A stretch of DNA of 64,000 nucleotides from Candidatus Zymogenaceae bacterium (lineage in GTDB: Bacteria > Desulfobacterota > Zymogenia > Zymogenales > Zymogenaceae). Shown here piece after piece: positions 18,607 through 28,787 of the stretch. Location: NCBI GenBank assembly GCA_016933535.1, contig JAFGAS010000072.1:1410-65409 (forward strand), read 5' to 3'. A program made the position numbers and the translations under genes. Within the stretch, counting starts at the first letter, position 1; each line of letters opens with the position of its first letter. Below the pieces are notes generated by a model that saw nothing but the letters and a program-made list of their open reading frames with translations, searched no databases and was not told where the DNA came from.

Positions 18607-19743
18607 ATGGAAAAAGTAGGAATCGTCGGGGTCGGTCAGACCACCTATGAACGATCCAAGGAAGCCCCCGTTGACGAGCTTGTCTTCGAGGCGGCAAGTA
18701 AGGCCCTGAAAGACGCCGGCGGTGATATGGGTCATATAGACAACATCATCACCGTCTCCAACGACTTCTGGGACGGCCGGACGATCTCGTCGATGGCCAT
18801 TCAGGATGCCGCCGGAAGCTGGGGCAAGGACATCTCCACCGTGGAAGGCGACGGCACGTTTGGAACCTTCTACGGCATGATGCGCATTCTCTCCGGGTCC
18901 TTCGACACGACGCTTGTCGTCAGTCACATGAAAGGCTCTGAAGGGATAATGAACCTTATCACCAACGCGATGTTTGACCCGATCTATCAGCGAAGTCTCG
19001 GTATTGACGCCACTTCTTCGGCCGCGTTGCAGGCACGCCTTTACATGAAAATGAGCGGAGCCACCGAGGAGGATTTCGCCCGGGTCTCCGTAAAGAATCA
19101 TAAAAACGCCAAGAACAATCCACTCGCACAGCTTGCGATGGACATTACCGTCGCCGACGTTCTAAAATCGAAGAAGATCGCCGAACCCCTGAAGCTCTTG
19201 GATTGCTCTCCCATCAGCGACGGGGCGGCCGCGGTTGTCCTGGCCAATGAAAAGGGCGCCAAGCGCTTCAAAAATTCCCCGGTATGGGTCAAGGGCGTGG
19301 CGCACTGCTCGGATGCCTACAGCCTCGGCTATCGGGACCTTTCCAGGGCCCCGGCCCTTGCGGAGGCTTCCGGCCGTGCCTTCAAGATGGCAGGCATCAA
19401 GAACCCCCTCAAGGATCTCGACGTGGCCGAGGTATACGACGCCTACTCGTACATGGAACCGATGTGGTACGAGGGCATGGGCCTTGCCAAGGAAGGCGGC
19501 GGCAAAGACCTCATCCGCTCCGGGGCCACCGAAATGGGAGGGGAGCTCCCGGTCAATCCATCGGGCGGTGTCCTTTCCGCACACCCGGTTCTCGTAGCCG
19601 GTATGGCCCGCCTCATCGAGGCGGTGCTTCAGGTAAGAGGTGAAGCTGAAAAGAGACAAGTCAAGGGGGCCAAGACGGCCCTCGCACACGGAATCAACGG
19701 CCCCTGCGGCCAGGCCCACTGCGTCTTCATCGTCGGGTCATAA
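18607..19743 (+). CDS. thiolase-like protein (SCP-x type / lipid-transfer protein family)
   Basis: MEKVGIVGVGQT N-terminus and thiolase fold. The start was moved to the ATG at 18607. Confidence 0.8.
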   Translation: MEKVGIVGVGQTTYERSKEAPVDELVFEAASKALKDAGGDMGHIDNIITVSNDFWDGRTISSMAIQDAAGSWGKDISTVEGDGTFGTFYGMMRILSGSFDTTLVVSHMKGSEGIMNLITNAMFDPIYQRSLGIDATSSAALQARLYMKMSGATEEDFARVSVKNHKNAKNNPLAQLAMDITVADVLKSKKIAEPLKLLDCSPISDGAAAVVLANEKGAKRFKNSPVWVKGVAHCSDAYSLGYRDLSRAPALAEASGRAFKMAGIKNPLKDLDVAEVYDAYSYMEPMWYEGMGLAKEGGGKDLIRSGATEMGGELPVNPSGGVLSAHPVLVAGMARLIEAVLQVRGEAEKRQVKGAKTALAHGINGPCGQAHCVFIVGS

Positions 19744-19758
19744 GGAAGGGAGGAAACC

Positions 19759-20952
19759 ATGGGAAAGAAAGTAGCGATAGTCGGCTTCGGCCAGACGTAT
19801 CAGCGGAGCTCCCGGAGAGATGTCAACGGCGTGGAGCTCATCAACGAGGCCGTCACGGCCGCCCTTGCGGACGCCGATATCACCATCAAGGATATCGACG
19901 CCGTGGTGATCGGCAACATGGATCACTTCGAGGGAATTAACTACGTGGACATGTGGAGTGTCGAGGGCGCGGGCGCCGTCATGAAGCCGATCATCAAGGT
20001 CACCACCGGCGGAACCACCGGCATGACCGTAGCCATGTCCGCCTATTATCACGTCGCTTCGGGGATGTTCGACCGGGTGCTGGCCATCGGGTGGGAGAAG
20101 AACTCTGAGTCGGACACGACCGGGGCCATCATCACCGCATTTCATCCGGTATGGGAGCGCCCGAACCTGGGCGGCGCCATCGCGGGCCTGGCGGTGGAAG
20201 CCAGCAAGTACATGGATAACTACGGGGTCACCGAGAGGGACGGGGCGCGGGTCGCCGTTCGCGAGCGGCTCCACGCCCTTAATAACCCCTACGCCCACCT
20301 CCACCAGGAGTGGATGAAGGGGATGGAAGTCGACAAGCTCGTCGAGCTGTTGGTGACGTCCGAACAGAACCAGATGCTGGCCTATCCTCTTCGCATGAGC
20401 GATATGTGCCCCCGCACCGACGGCGCGGCGGCGGTCGTGTTCGCTTCGGAAGGCGTGGCCGAGAAGACCGCCTCCAAACTTGCATGGGTGGCCGCTACGG
20501 CCAACCGCCACGATTTCGTGTTCCTGGGCGACATAGACTGGGACTTTAATCAGACCATGGGTGATGCGGCCAAGAAGGTCTTCGCCAAGGCGGGTATCAA
20601 GGACCCCCTCAAGGAAATCGACCTCTGCGAGCTCTATTTACCCTACTCCTACGGCGGGCTCAAGTGGATGGAGAACATGGGATTCTGCGGCCCCGGCGAG
20701 GGTCCGAGGCTCCTCTGGGACAAGATAACCGATATGGACGGCGAGCTTCCGGTCAATCCTTCCGGCGGCGTCATGAGCTCCAACCCGATCGGGGCCACGG
20801 CTCTTCTGCGTGTCGGTGAAGCAGCCTGGCAGATCATGCGTAAGTCGGGTCCCCGTCAGGTCCAGAAGAACGTGAATTATGCCCTGGCCACGGGATTCGG
20901 CGGCTGCAGCTGGGCGGACGTGATGCTCCTCTCCAGCAAGAAGCCGGCCTAA
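19759..20952 (+). CDS. thiolase-like protein (second SCP-x type paralogue)
   Basis: MGKKVAIVGFGQT..., 397 aa, strong GGAGG RBS. Confidence 0.8.
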   Translation: MGKKVAIVGFGQTYQRSSRRDVNGVELINEAVTAALADADITIKDIDAVVIGNMDHFEGINYVDMWSVEGAGAVMKPIIKVTTGGTTGMTVAMSAYYHVASGMFDRVLAIGWEKNSESDTTGAIITAFHPVWERPNLGGAIAGLAVEASKYMDNYGVTERDGARVAVRERLHALNNPYAHLHQEWMKGMEVDKLVELLVTSEQNQMLAYPLRMSDMCPRTDGAAAVVFASEGVAEKTASKLAWVAATANRHDFVFLGDIDWDFNQTMGDAAKKVFAKAGIKDPLKEIDLCELYLPYSYGGLKWMENMGFCGPGEGPRLLWDKITDMDGELPVNPSGGVMSSNPIGATALLRVGEAAWQIMRKSGPRQVQKNVNYALATGFGGCSWADVMLLSSKKPA

Positions 20953-21071
20953 GACCAGCCGAAGACCGGGTTTCGTGCCGTTTCTCCCCAGCGTTGGTTT
21001 AGGAACCGCGGGGTCGGCTCGAAACACCGAAGGCATAGAGTGTTCGTAACGAACAAATAAGGAAACCAGAC

Positions 21072-21545
21072 ATGACCGAACAAAAACAAGAAAAGGAGCT
21101 TCTGGCCATATCCTCCGGGGACGCCGCCCAGCCTTTTCGCTGGAGCGTCGGCAAGCACGGATCGAAGTTTCTGGCCGAGCTCAGGGATAACAAGAAGCTA
21201 TTTGGAGTAAAATGCCCGAAGTGCGGGCGGGTCTACGTCCCGCCCCGTATGGTCTGCGGCAGGTGCTGGGCGCAGATGGACGAGTTCGTCCCGGTGAAAG
21301 ACACGGGAGAGATCGTCGTGTGCACGATCGTCCAGTTTTCCTTCGTCGATCCCAATACCGGCATACAGCGCCCGGTGCCGTACGGCTACGCCTTTGTCAA
21401 ACTTGACGGCGCCGACACCGCCATCCCCCACTTCCTGGACAGCACCGACCCAGACAAGGTAAAGGTCGGGGCGAGGGTGAAGGCCGTCTTCGAGGAGAAA
21501 CGTACCGGCAGCCTCATGGACATCAAGCATTTCGCCGTACTGTAG
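21072..21545 (+). CDS. Zn-ribbon / OB-fold protein (DUF35), second copy
   Basis: CPKCGRVYVPPRMVCGRC zinc ribbon. It is a paralogue of 18101..18559. Confidence 0.8.
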   Translation: MTEQKQEKELLAISSGDAAQPFRWSVGKHGSKFLAELRDNKKLFGVKCPKCGRVYVPPRMVCGRCWAQMDEFVPVKDTGEIVVCTIVQFSFVDPNTGIQRPVPYGYAFVKLDGADTAIPHFLDSTDPDKVKVGARVKAVFEEKRTGSLMDIKHFAVL

Positions 21546-21753
21546 ACCAATTCGATATCGCGCCGATGGACAAAATCGGCGCGGAAAACCGTCCCGGGGG
21601 GCAACGAGGCCTCGTCACTCATTGAGATGCGTCCCCGTTGCCCCCACTATCCCCGGCCCAAGAACAGGCGGCTTTACACGGCCCACCGGCCGGTGATCAT
21701 CATTTTTTCGGTGCCGCAGTAATCATTATCCATATTTTAAGAGGGGTGGTCAC

Positions 21754-23430
21754 ATGGAAGAACGCGTATGGCATCGTTCCTACGTTTCCGGTATCCCAAA
21801 AGAGATCCGATTAGAAGATATCACCATCCCGGAAATTCTTTCCCGCACCGCACAGAAATTCCCGAATCGAATCGCCCTCATATTCCTGGGCAAGAAAATC
21901 ACCTATAAGGAGCTCGATCTGCTCGCAAACCGTTTCGCCCATGCGCTTTTGTCCCTGGGCCTTAAACGGGGAGATAGAATCGCGCTGCTGATGCCCAATA
22001 TTCCCCAGATCGTCATCTCATACTTTGGTGCGTGGCGGGCCGGTCTCGTCCCCGTCCCCATCAATCCACTGTACACCGATCACGAGATCGAACACCAGCT
22101 AGCCACGTCAGGGGCGACTGCCATGGTGACCCTTGACCTCCTGGTATCGAGGATGCTGGCCCTCAGAGAAAAGACGGGCACCAAGATCATCATTACCGCC
22201 CACATCAAGGACTACCTCCCGTTTCCAGCAAAGCAGCTTTTCCCCTTCGTAAAAAAAGGGATGACGGTTGACTATGAGCCTGCCCCGGACTACTACGACT
22301 TTTTAGCCTTGATGAAGCCGGGCCCCGACACCCCGGTCGGCGCGGCGCCCTCGCTCGACGATCTGGCCCTGATACCCTATTCCGGCGGAACAACGGGCCT
22401 GGCCAAGGGAGTGGCCATCACCCACCGAAACGTATCGGCCATTACCCAGATCGCCCGCGAGTGGTTCTTCGACATCAAGGAAACCTACGAGAGCGAACTG
22501 GCGATATTCCCTTTTTTCCACATGGCCGGCTTCACCGCCGTTATGAACCTGTGCGTCATCAGCGGCTGGACCGCGGTCCTCATCCCGAGGCCCGAACCCA
22601 AGACGATAATGGATATGCTCCTGAAATATAAATCCACCATCTTCCTGGCGGTCCCGACGATCTATGTGGGCGTCCTGGCCATGCCCGAATTCAAGAAGGC
22701 AGATCTTACCTTCATCAAGGGGTTCTTTTCCGGGGCCGCCCCGCTGCCCATCGATACCATCAACACCCTCAAGGAGGCCACCAACGGTGCCGTCATCGTG
22801 GAAGGTTACGGTATGACCGAATCGACGACGTTTATATCCGTAACCCCGTGGCGCGGCAAGCTCAAGCCGGGCAGCGTCGGCGTGCCGCTTCCCAATATCG
22901 ACGTGAAGATCATGGACGTCCAGACCGGAACCAAGGAGCTTCCGATCGGCCAGGAGGGGGAGATCATCTTCCGCGGTCCCAATATGTGCCGGGGGTACTA
23001 CAATATGCCCGAGGAGACCAAGCATTCCATCCGGGACGGCTGGTTTTATACCGGCGACATCGGCAGGTTCGACGAAGACGGATACCTGTATATCGTCGAC
23101 CGCACCAAAGACATGATCATCGCCGGAGGCTACAATATCTTTCCCCGGGAGATCGACGAGGCGCTTTTCGAACATCCGAAGGTCCTGGAGGCCTGTACGA
23201 TCGGTGTCCCTCACGAATACCGGGGTGAGACGGTGAAATCCTTCATCGTAACGAAACCCGGCCAGACCCTGACCGAGGAAGAGTTGGACGCCTACTGCCG
23301 CTCGCGGCTCTCCCCCTACAAGGTGCCGCGTATCTACGAATTTGTGGAAACGCTGCCCAAGTCGGCCGTCGGCAAGATCCTCAAACGGGAGCTGCGGGAT
23401 ATGGAGAAAAATAAAGGTCAACAGAAATAG
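21754..23430 (+). CDS. AMP-dependent acyl-CoA synthetase/ligase (second)
   Basis: YSGGTTGLAKGV AMP-binding motif, GEIIFRGPNMCRGYY, 558 aa. Confidence 0.9.
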   Translation: MEERVWHRSYVSGIPKEIRLEDITIPEILSRTAQKFPNRIALIFLGKKITYKELDLLANRFAHALLSLGLKRGDRIALLMPNIPQIVISYFGAWRAGLVPVPINPLYTDHEIEHQLATSGATAMVTLDLLVSRMLALREKTGTKIIITAHIKDYLPFPAKQLFPFVKKGMTVDYEPAPDYYDFLALMKPGPDTPVGAAPSLDDLALIPYSGGTTGLAKGVAITHRNVSAITQIAREWFFDIKETYESELAIFPFFHMAGFTAVMNLCVISGWTAVLIPRPEPKTIMDMLLKYKSTIFLAVPTIYVGVLAMPEFKKADLTFIKGFFSGAAPLPIDTINTLKEATNGAVIVEGYGMTESTTFISVTPWRGKLKPGSVGVPLPNIDVKIMDVQTGTKELPIGQEGEIIFRGPNMCRGYYNMPEETKHSIRDGWFYTGDIGRFDEDGYLYIVDRTKDMIIAGGYNIFPREIDEALFEHPKVLEACTIGVPHEYRGETVKSFIVTKPGQTLTEEELDAYCRSRLSPYKVPRIYEFVETLPKSAVGKILKRELRDMEKNKGQQK

Positions 23431-23460
23431 TTTTTATCTACTCTCAATAAGGAACAAGCC

Positions 23461-23913
23461 ATGGAAAAGGTTTTCTTCGAAGACTATCAGGTCGGTGAGC
23501 TCCTTGTCTCACCGGGACGAACCATCACCGAGACTGACATCATCCTCTTTGCCGGGCTCACCGGCGACTGGCACCCGATCCACACCAACGTAGAATACGC
23601 AAAAAAGACCATGTTTGGGGAGCGGATTGCCCACGGTATGCTGGGCCTCTCGGTGGGATCGGCCCTTATCTTCCGCCTGGGACCCTATGTCTTCACACCC
23701 AAGAAGTTTATCGCCTTCTACGGTATAGACAAGATTCGTTTTGTCGGACCCATCAAGATCGGAGATACCATCCGCTGCGAGGCCAAGGTCGCCGAGATGA
23801 AGGAACGCGACGAAAACATGGGCACCATCGCCTATGAGGCCGCCATCAAAAATCACCGCGACGAAGACTGCATTGTCTTTTCGCCCAAGATCCTCGTCGG
23901 ACGCAACAAGTAG
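23461..23913 (+). CDS. MaoC-like (R)-specific enoyl-CoA hydratase/dehydratase (hot-dog fold)
   Basis: FAGLTGDWHPIHTNVEYAKKTMFGERIAHGML motif, 150 aa. Confidence 0.85.
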   Translation: MEKVFFEDYQVGELLVSPGRTITETDIILFAGLTGDWHPIHTNVEYAKKTMFGERIAHGMLGLSVGSALIFRLGPYVFTPKKFIAFYGIDKIRFVGPIKIGDTIRCEAKVAEMKERDENMGTIAYEAAIKNHRDEDCIVFSPKILVGRNK

Positions 23914-23922
23914 GAGTGAGTC

Positions 23923-25080
23923 ATGGATTTTGAATTAACCTCAGAGCAGGCCATGTTAAAGGAGACCGTCTCCAAGTTCGTGGACAAGCAGGTTATCCCC
24001 AGAGCCGCCGAAGTAGATCAGGACGGCACGTTTCCCAACGAGAATTTTTCCGCGATGGCCGAGCTCGGCCTATTCGGGATATCCATCCCGCCCGAATACG
24101 GCGGCATTGGGGCCGACCTCATGTCCAGCGTGCTCGTAATGGAACAGCTGGGACGGGGATGTGCCTCAACCGCCAACACCTATGGTTCCCACGCAATCCT
24201 CTGTACCGAGAATATCTATCGCAACGGAAACGAGGCCCAGAGAAAGAAATACCTGCCCGATCTGATCGCCGGTAAAAAGATCGGCTTTATCGCCATAACC
24301 GAGCCGGAGGCCGGCTCCGATGCCGTCTCCATGCGTACCCGGGCCGTCAAAAAGGGCGATAAATATATTCTCAACGGCACGAAGATGTTCATCACCAACG
24401 GCCCGGTGGCCGACATCGGCGTCGTTTATGCCAAGACCAATCCCGACGCCGGACCCAAGGGGATATCGGCGTTTATCGTGGAGAAGGACTTCCCCGGTTT
24501 TTCCCGGGGCAAGAGCCTCAAAAAGATGGGGGTCCGCGGCTCACCAACCGGCGAGCTGATCTTCGAGGATATGGAAGTCCCCGCCGAAAACCTCCTCGGC
24601 GATGAGAACAACGGCATCCGGGTCCTGATGAACGGGCTGGACCGGGAGCGGATCGTCTATTCCATTACACCCATCGGAGTTGCCCAGGGGGCCTTTGACG
24701 TCGCCTTTAAGTATGCGTCGGAGCGCGTTCAGTTCGGGACTCCCATCATCAATTTCCAGATGATCCAGGAGATGATCGCCGAAATGGCCACGGACCTCAA
24801 CGCGGGCCGTATCGTCTCCTACTGGGCGGCCACCCTGGCCGATCAGGGAAAACGGGTCCGCCTGGAGGCCTCTTACGCCAAGCTCCTGGGTTCCCAGGTC
24901 GGCATGCGGGTGGTGGACAAGGCCGTTCAGATCCTCGGCGGCTACGGCTTCATCAGCGAGTTTCCGGTGGAGAGAATGTACCGGGATATGAAGGGGATCG
25001 AGTTCGGGGCGGGAACGACCCAGATACAGAAACTCATCATCGTTCGGGAGCTTATGAAGAGCATGGGTTCCGGGGCGTAG
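23923..25080 (+). CDS. acyl-CoA dehydrogenase
   Basis: ACAD N/M/C domains, YAKLLGSQVGMRVVDKAVQILGGYGF, 385 aa. Confidence 0.9.
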   Translation: MDFELTSEQAMLKETVSKFVDKQVIPRAAEVDQDGTFPNENFSAMAELGLFGISIPPEYGGIGADLMSSVLVMEQLGRGCASTANTYGSHAILCTENIYRNGNEAQRKKYLPDLIAGKKIGFIAITEPEAGSDAVSMRTRAVKKGDKYILNGTKMFITNGPVADIGVVYAKTNPDAGPKGISAFIVEKDFPGFSRGKSLKKMGVRGSPTGELIFEDMEVPAENLLGDENNGIRVLMNGLDRERIVYSITPIGVAQGAFDVAFKYASERVQFGTPIINFQMIQEMIAEMATDLNAGRIVSYWAATLADQGKRVRLEASYAKLLGSQVGMRVVDKAVQILGGYGFISEFPVERMYRDMKGIEFGAGTTQIQKLIIVRELMKSMGSGA

Positions 25081-25099
25081 TAACGGACACACCGTTTTC

Positions 25100-25130
25100 C
25101 CGGGGGGGACATACTCCCCCCCTTTTTCTT
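25100..25130 (+). terminator. rho-independent terminator GGGGGGG-N7-CCCCCCC-TTTTT
   Basis: 7-bp G/C stem followed by a T5 run, 20 nt after the ACAD stop. Confidence 0.6.
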
Positions 25131-25391
25131 TCTTCCTCTTCCCATTTTCTCTCCCCTTATCGTCCACCGGCCCTCCACACCCCGCATTACCCCTTGGTGC
25201 GTACCGTAACGCCGCAGCCGACGCCTGAAGATTTTGTTGTTTGACTTTTTGCAAATCCCTGTGATATAAAAAAGATCGTCGATTGGCCACCGGTTACACC
25301 GCCCGTCCTGGGCCGCTCCTGGATTCGGTCAAACGGGCAACCGGCGGTACGTCGCGATCATATACCCAGTCTCACCATAAGGAGCCGCAGT

Positions 25392-25919
25392 ATGGGGTAT
25401 CTCTATCTGGCGGGGGGTGTCATTCTCTTCCTTATTGGAGTGATCGACGCTCTCATGACCAAGATTTTCAGGCCGTCCTTCTATCTATATGTCTTTCTGG
25501 GCCTCTTCCTGGTTATCTGGGGGCTCGTGGCCCTCAAGAAAATCCGTCGTAACGAGATAAAGGATCAAACCATGGCCAGGGTCAATAGGCTGGCGGATGC
25601 CCGCGCCGTCCCTCTAAAGAAGTGTCCGGCGTGCGGGGGAGATATCGAGGCAATCCTGAAGGCCTGTCCGATCTGCACTCATCGGTTCCCGGTTGTCTAC
25701 ACCCTGACGGTCTTTACCCCCTTTGACGTAACCAAGCGGGAGCAACTGATAAAATACCTGATGACCCGGATGAACCGGCCCTACGAGGAAATATCAATTC
25801 GGCTGGAAAAGGGGATGGTCTTTAAATACTCCAACAAGGATGACGCTCAGAAAAGAGGTGCGAGCTTCGAGAGCCTCGGCTGTAAAGTCAGGACCGGGGA
25901 GATCGTCCAGGACCGGTAG
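25392..25919 (+). CDS. hypothetical membrane-anchored zinc-ribbon protein
   Basis: Two N-terminal TM helices and a CPACGG...CPIC ribbon, 175 aa, with an AAGGAG RBS 7 nt upstream. Confidence 0.5.
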   Translation: MGYLYLAGGVILFLIGVIDALMTKIFRPSFYLYVFLGLFLVIWGLVALKKIRRNEIKDQTMARVNRLADARAVPLKKCPACGGDIEAILKACPICTHRFPVVYTLTVFTPFDVTKREQLIKYLMTRMNRPYEEISIRLEKGMVFKYSNKDDAQKRGASFESLGCKVRTGEIVQDR

Positions 25920-26025
25920 GCTTGTCCGCGGCCTATCCTTGCCTGCGGCGTCATCACCTTTCTCTTTTTCTCCCGCCGGGATCTTCGGCAAAGACTCGTC
26001 GGCGGGACGTTTCTATCCGGTCATC

Positions 26026-26184
26026 GAGGTCAGCGCCGCAAAGGGCGGCCTCGGTGTAAAAAGCCCGCTGGGCCTCTTTGATTATCACGGACGAGACAAA
26101 GAAGAGATCCTCCGAAGGCGGGACGGGCTCCACCTTAAGATGTGCGACTTCATAGAGGATCTCAACGGATTAAAGCCGGCATAG
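26026..26184 (+). pseudogene. remnant of a 3-hydroxyacyl-CoA dehydrogenase C-terminus
   Basis: The translation GGLGVKSPLGLFDYHGRDKEEILRRRDGLHLKMCDFIEDLNGLKPA aligns with the C-terminus of the intact downstream hbd (GAKTGKGFFDYGGRTESEIVKERDALYVKMADFLEGLNKFRPV). No N-terminal Rossmann part is present. Confidence 0.55.
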
Positions 26185-26369
26185 GCGATACCATCGTGCG
26201 TCGTTTTGCGCCGATGGGCCGCCGATAAGACCTTCCCGACACGGTGGGCTGTAAAGATGTGCTCAGGCCCTCATCGGATATTTTCCCCTGCCGCCGACGC
26301 CCGCGTCGGCCCGCCGACAAAACTGCTCTACGCTTGTAACATATATCCTACTCAAGGAAGGAGAAAGCC

Positions 26370-27311
26370 ATGGATTCCAAGGACGTGAAAAAAGTGCTCG
26401 TGGTCGGAGCCGGTGTGATGGGCCATTCCATCGCCCAGGTCTTTGCCACCGCGGGCATCGAGGTCGCGCTCGTCGACCTCAACAAAAAGGCTCTCGACCA
26501 CGCGATGAAAATGATCGGGCATAACCTCGAGAACCTTTCCGAGTTCGGCCGGTTGGACGCGCCGACTATCCCGGCGATTATTGCCCGCATCCGCCCGACC
26601 ACGGATATCCGAGAGGCGGCATCGGGCGTCGATTTTGCCCTCGAGGCGGTCGTCGAGGTGCCTGATGTCAAAAAGAAGGTCTTTGCGGACCTGGAGCAGT
26701 TCGCTCCGCCCAAAGCGGTTCTTGCCAGCAACACCTCCGGGCTCGACATTTTTACCATCCTCGAACCGAAGGATCCATCCCGTTTCGTCATCACTCACTG
26801 GTTTTCCCCGCCCCACATCATCCCGCTGGTCGAGGTGGCACCCGGTCCAAAGACCGATTCTTCGGTCATGGCCTTTACCATCGCACTCTTGGAGCGGCTT
26901 GGCAAGCGCCCGGTGGTCATGCGCCAGTTTACACCGGCGTTCATCGTCAACCGCATCCAGAGCTATATCTTCCTGGCCGTTATGGAGATTCTCAACAACA
27001 ACTGGGCAACGCCCGAGGAGATCGACTACGCCGTCAAGATAAGCCTCGGAATACGGCTCCCGATCGTGGGGGCGGTCCAGACCTACGACTTCAGCGGGCT
27101 TGATCTCGTCCAGGATATGCTCAAGAGCCGCGGTATGAGCTACCCGCTTATCGACGACAAGATAGCCAATAACCAGCTCGGGGCGAAGACGGGCAAGGGT
27201 TTCTTCGATTACGGTGGCAGGACCGAAAGCGAGATCGTCAAGGAGCGGGACGCACTGTACGTTAAGATGGCCGACTTCCTGGAGGGCCTCAATAAGTTTA
27301 GGCCGGTATAG
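26370..27311 (+). CDS. hbd: 3-hydroxyacyl-CoA (3-hydroxybutyryl-CoA) dehydrogenase
   Basis: N-terminal VLVVGAGVMGHSIAQVFATAG Rossmann motif and the C-terminal HBD domain, 313 aa. Confidence 0.9.
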   Translation: MDSKDVKKVLVVGAGVMGHSIAQVFATAGIEVALVDLNKKALDHAMKMIGHNLENLSEFGRLDAPTIPAIIARIRPTTDIREAASGVDFALEAVVEVPDVKKKVFADLEQFAPPKAVLASNTSGLDIFTILEPKDPSRFVITHWFSPPHIIPLVEVAPGPKTDSSVMAFTIALLERLGKRPVVMRQFTPAFIVNRIQSYIFLAVMEILNNNWATPEEIDYAVKISLGIRLPIVGAVQTYDFSGLDLVQDMLKSRGMSYPLIDDKIANNQLGAKTGKGFFDYGGRTESEIVKERDALYVKMADFLEGLNKFRPV

Positions 27312-27509
27312 TCCCTCGGGGAAAGACCCTTTTCCGGTGGCCCAGGCCGAAGGACAGCTTGACGCAAAATACGGGCGGCCGAAGAGACGCGGTCTTCGGC
27401 CGTCTTTACACACCTTCTCCCGCAAGGATAACGGACGATATGTGTCCGTACCGGCGCCGTCCGGCGCTTGCCTTTCCAGTCGGTTTTCGTCGGGTTGCAG
27501 GATACGTGT

Positions 27510-28418
27510 TTAGTTGAGGATGTAATTGGACGGATCCACGGGGATCCGGTTGATCCTGACCTCGTAGTGGAGGTGGGAGCCGATGGAGCGGCCCGTGCTG
27601 CCCATCAGGCCGATCTTCTGGCCCCGCGATACCCGGTCGCCTTCATGGACAAGGATTGCCGACAGGTGCGCGTAGTTGGTAGAAATACCGTACCCGTGAT
27701 CGACGCTTATCAGGTTGCCGTAGCCTGACTCTATACCGGCAAAGATCACAATGCCGTCGGCCGAAGCATGAATCGGCGTACCGATCTTGTTGGCAATATC
27801 GTATCCTTCGTGCATCTTGATGGTACGGTTGATGGGGTCCCTCCTGAAACCAAAGCACGAACACAGGAAACCCTTGGCGGGCCAGATCGAAGGGGTTGAA
27901 TCGAGCAGATTACCCTGATCTTCTAAAAATATGAGAAGCTCCTGGAGGCTTTGTTCCTGACGCTTGGATTTTTCACCCAGCTGCATCATATCGGCAAGTA
28001 TCTTGGCGGCGGAAACCTCGTCGTCGTGGTCCTTTTTTTCCAGATCCCTGTCGCCGTTTGATGTTCCCCCGATTCCAAAGAGCTCAGACTCCCCCCCGGT
28101 CGATCCAATGTTGAGCATTGCACAGATCATGGTATTGGTCTCGCTCATCTGTTCGACCTTTGCGGTAAGATCCTTGAACTGCTTTTCAAATATCTCGATC
28201 TGATCGTGCTGCATTCGGTTTTCTTCCTTGTAGTACGAAAGCTCAAGCATCTCCAGACGGATCGTAAGATAGCTGTAAAGCATGTAGGAGAAAGCTATCA
28301 GAATAAGCAGTGCGGAAAAACCGGTAATCGCAAGCGTGATGTTGGATACTTTATACTTGGATAGCCTGTCGGCCTTGTCGTATATAATAAGGATGGAATA
28401 GTATGTTTTTTTAATCAT
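27510..28418 (-). CDS. M23 family (LytM-type) metallopeptidase with an N-terminal TM segment and coiled coil
   Basis: HEGYDIA...GTPIHASADG...HLHYEV motifs of peptidase M23, 302 aa. Confidence 0.85.
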   Translation of the reverse strand: MIKKTYYSILIIYDKADRLSKYKVSNITLAITGFSALLILIAFSYMLYSYLTIRLEMLELSYYKEENRMQHDQIEIFEKQFKDLTAKVEQMSETNTMICAMLNIGSTGGESELFGIGGTSNGDRDLEKKDHDDEVSAAKILADMMQLGEKSKRQEQSLQELLIFLEDQGNLLDSTPSIWPAKGFLCSCFGFRRDPINRTIKMHEGYDIANKIGTPIHASADGIVIFAGIESGYGNLISVDHGYGISTNYAHLSAILVHEGDRVSRGQKIGLMGSTGRSIGSHLHYEVRINRIPVDPSNYILN

Positions 28419-28787
28419 AAGTGAATGCGAGTATTATGCGGTGGATAATATTTTAAATAGCCCCGTTCTCGCATCAATGACGTCCTCCCACCTTCCCTTT
28501 TCCATCCCTTCCCCCCACCGGACCCATTTTAAAGCGACCCACACCGATTTTGACATATATCACAAATAACGGAATAAAGTCAAATACTTTTACATTTCGG
28601 CCCGTTTTTTGATGAAAAAATGCCAATAAAGGGACCGAGCGACGTCTTTGGACGCCATTCTTCCCCAAGGGAGCATCGCCCGAGCCGTGAAATCACCATT
28701 TCCGTCCTATACGCTCAGAGCGGAGAATATCTTCGTTGCGATTCTGCTTCTTTTAGCTGATACCCGACCCTTCCCCAAGGCGGGCGG

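Noticed and set aside
22303-23421. 372-aa minus-strand ORF
   Set aside because: It is antisense to the second acyl-CoA ligase.
24541-25290. 249-aa minus-strand ORF
   Set aside because: It is antisense to the acyl-CoA dehydrogenase 3' end and terminator region.
26352-27425. 357-aa minus-strand ORF
   Set aside because: It is antisense to hbd and has no motifs.
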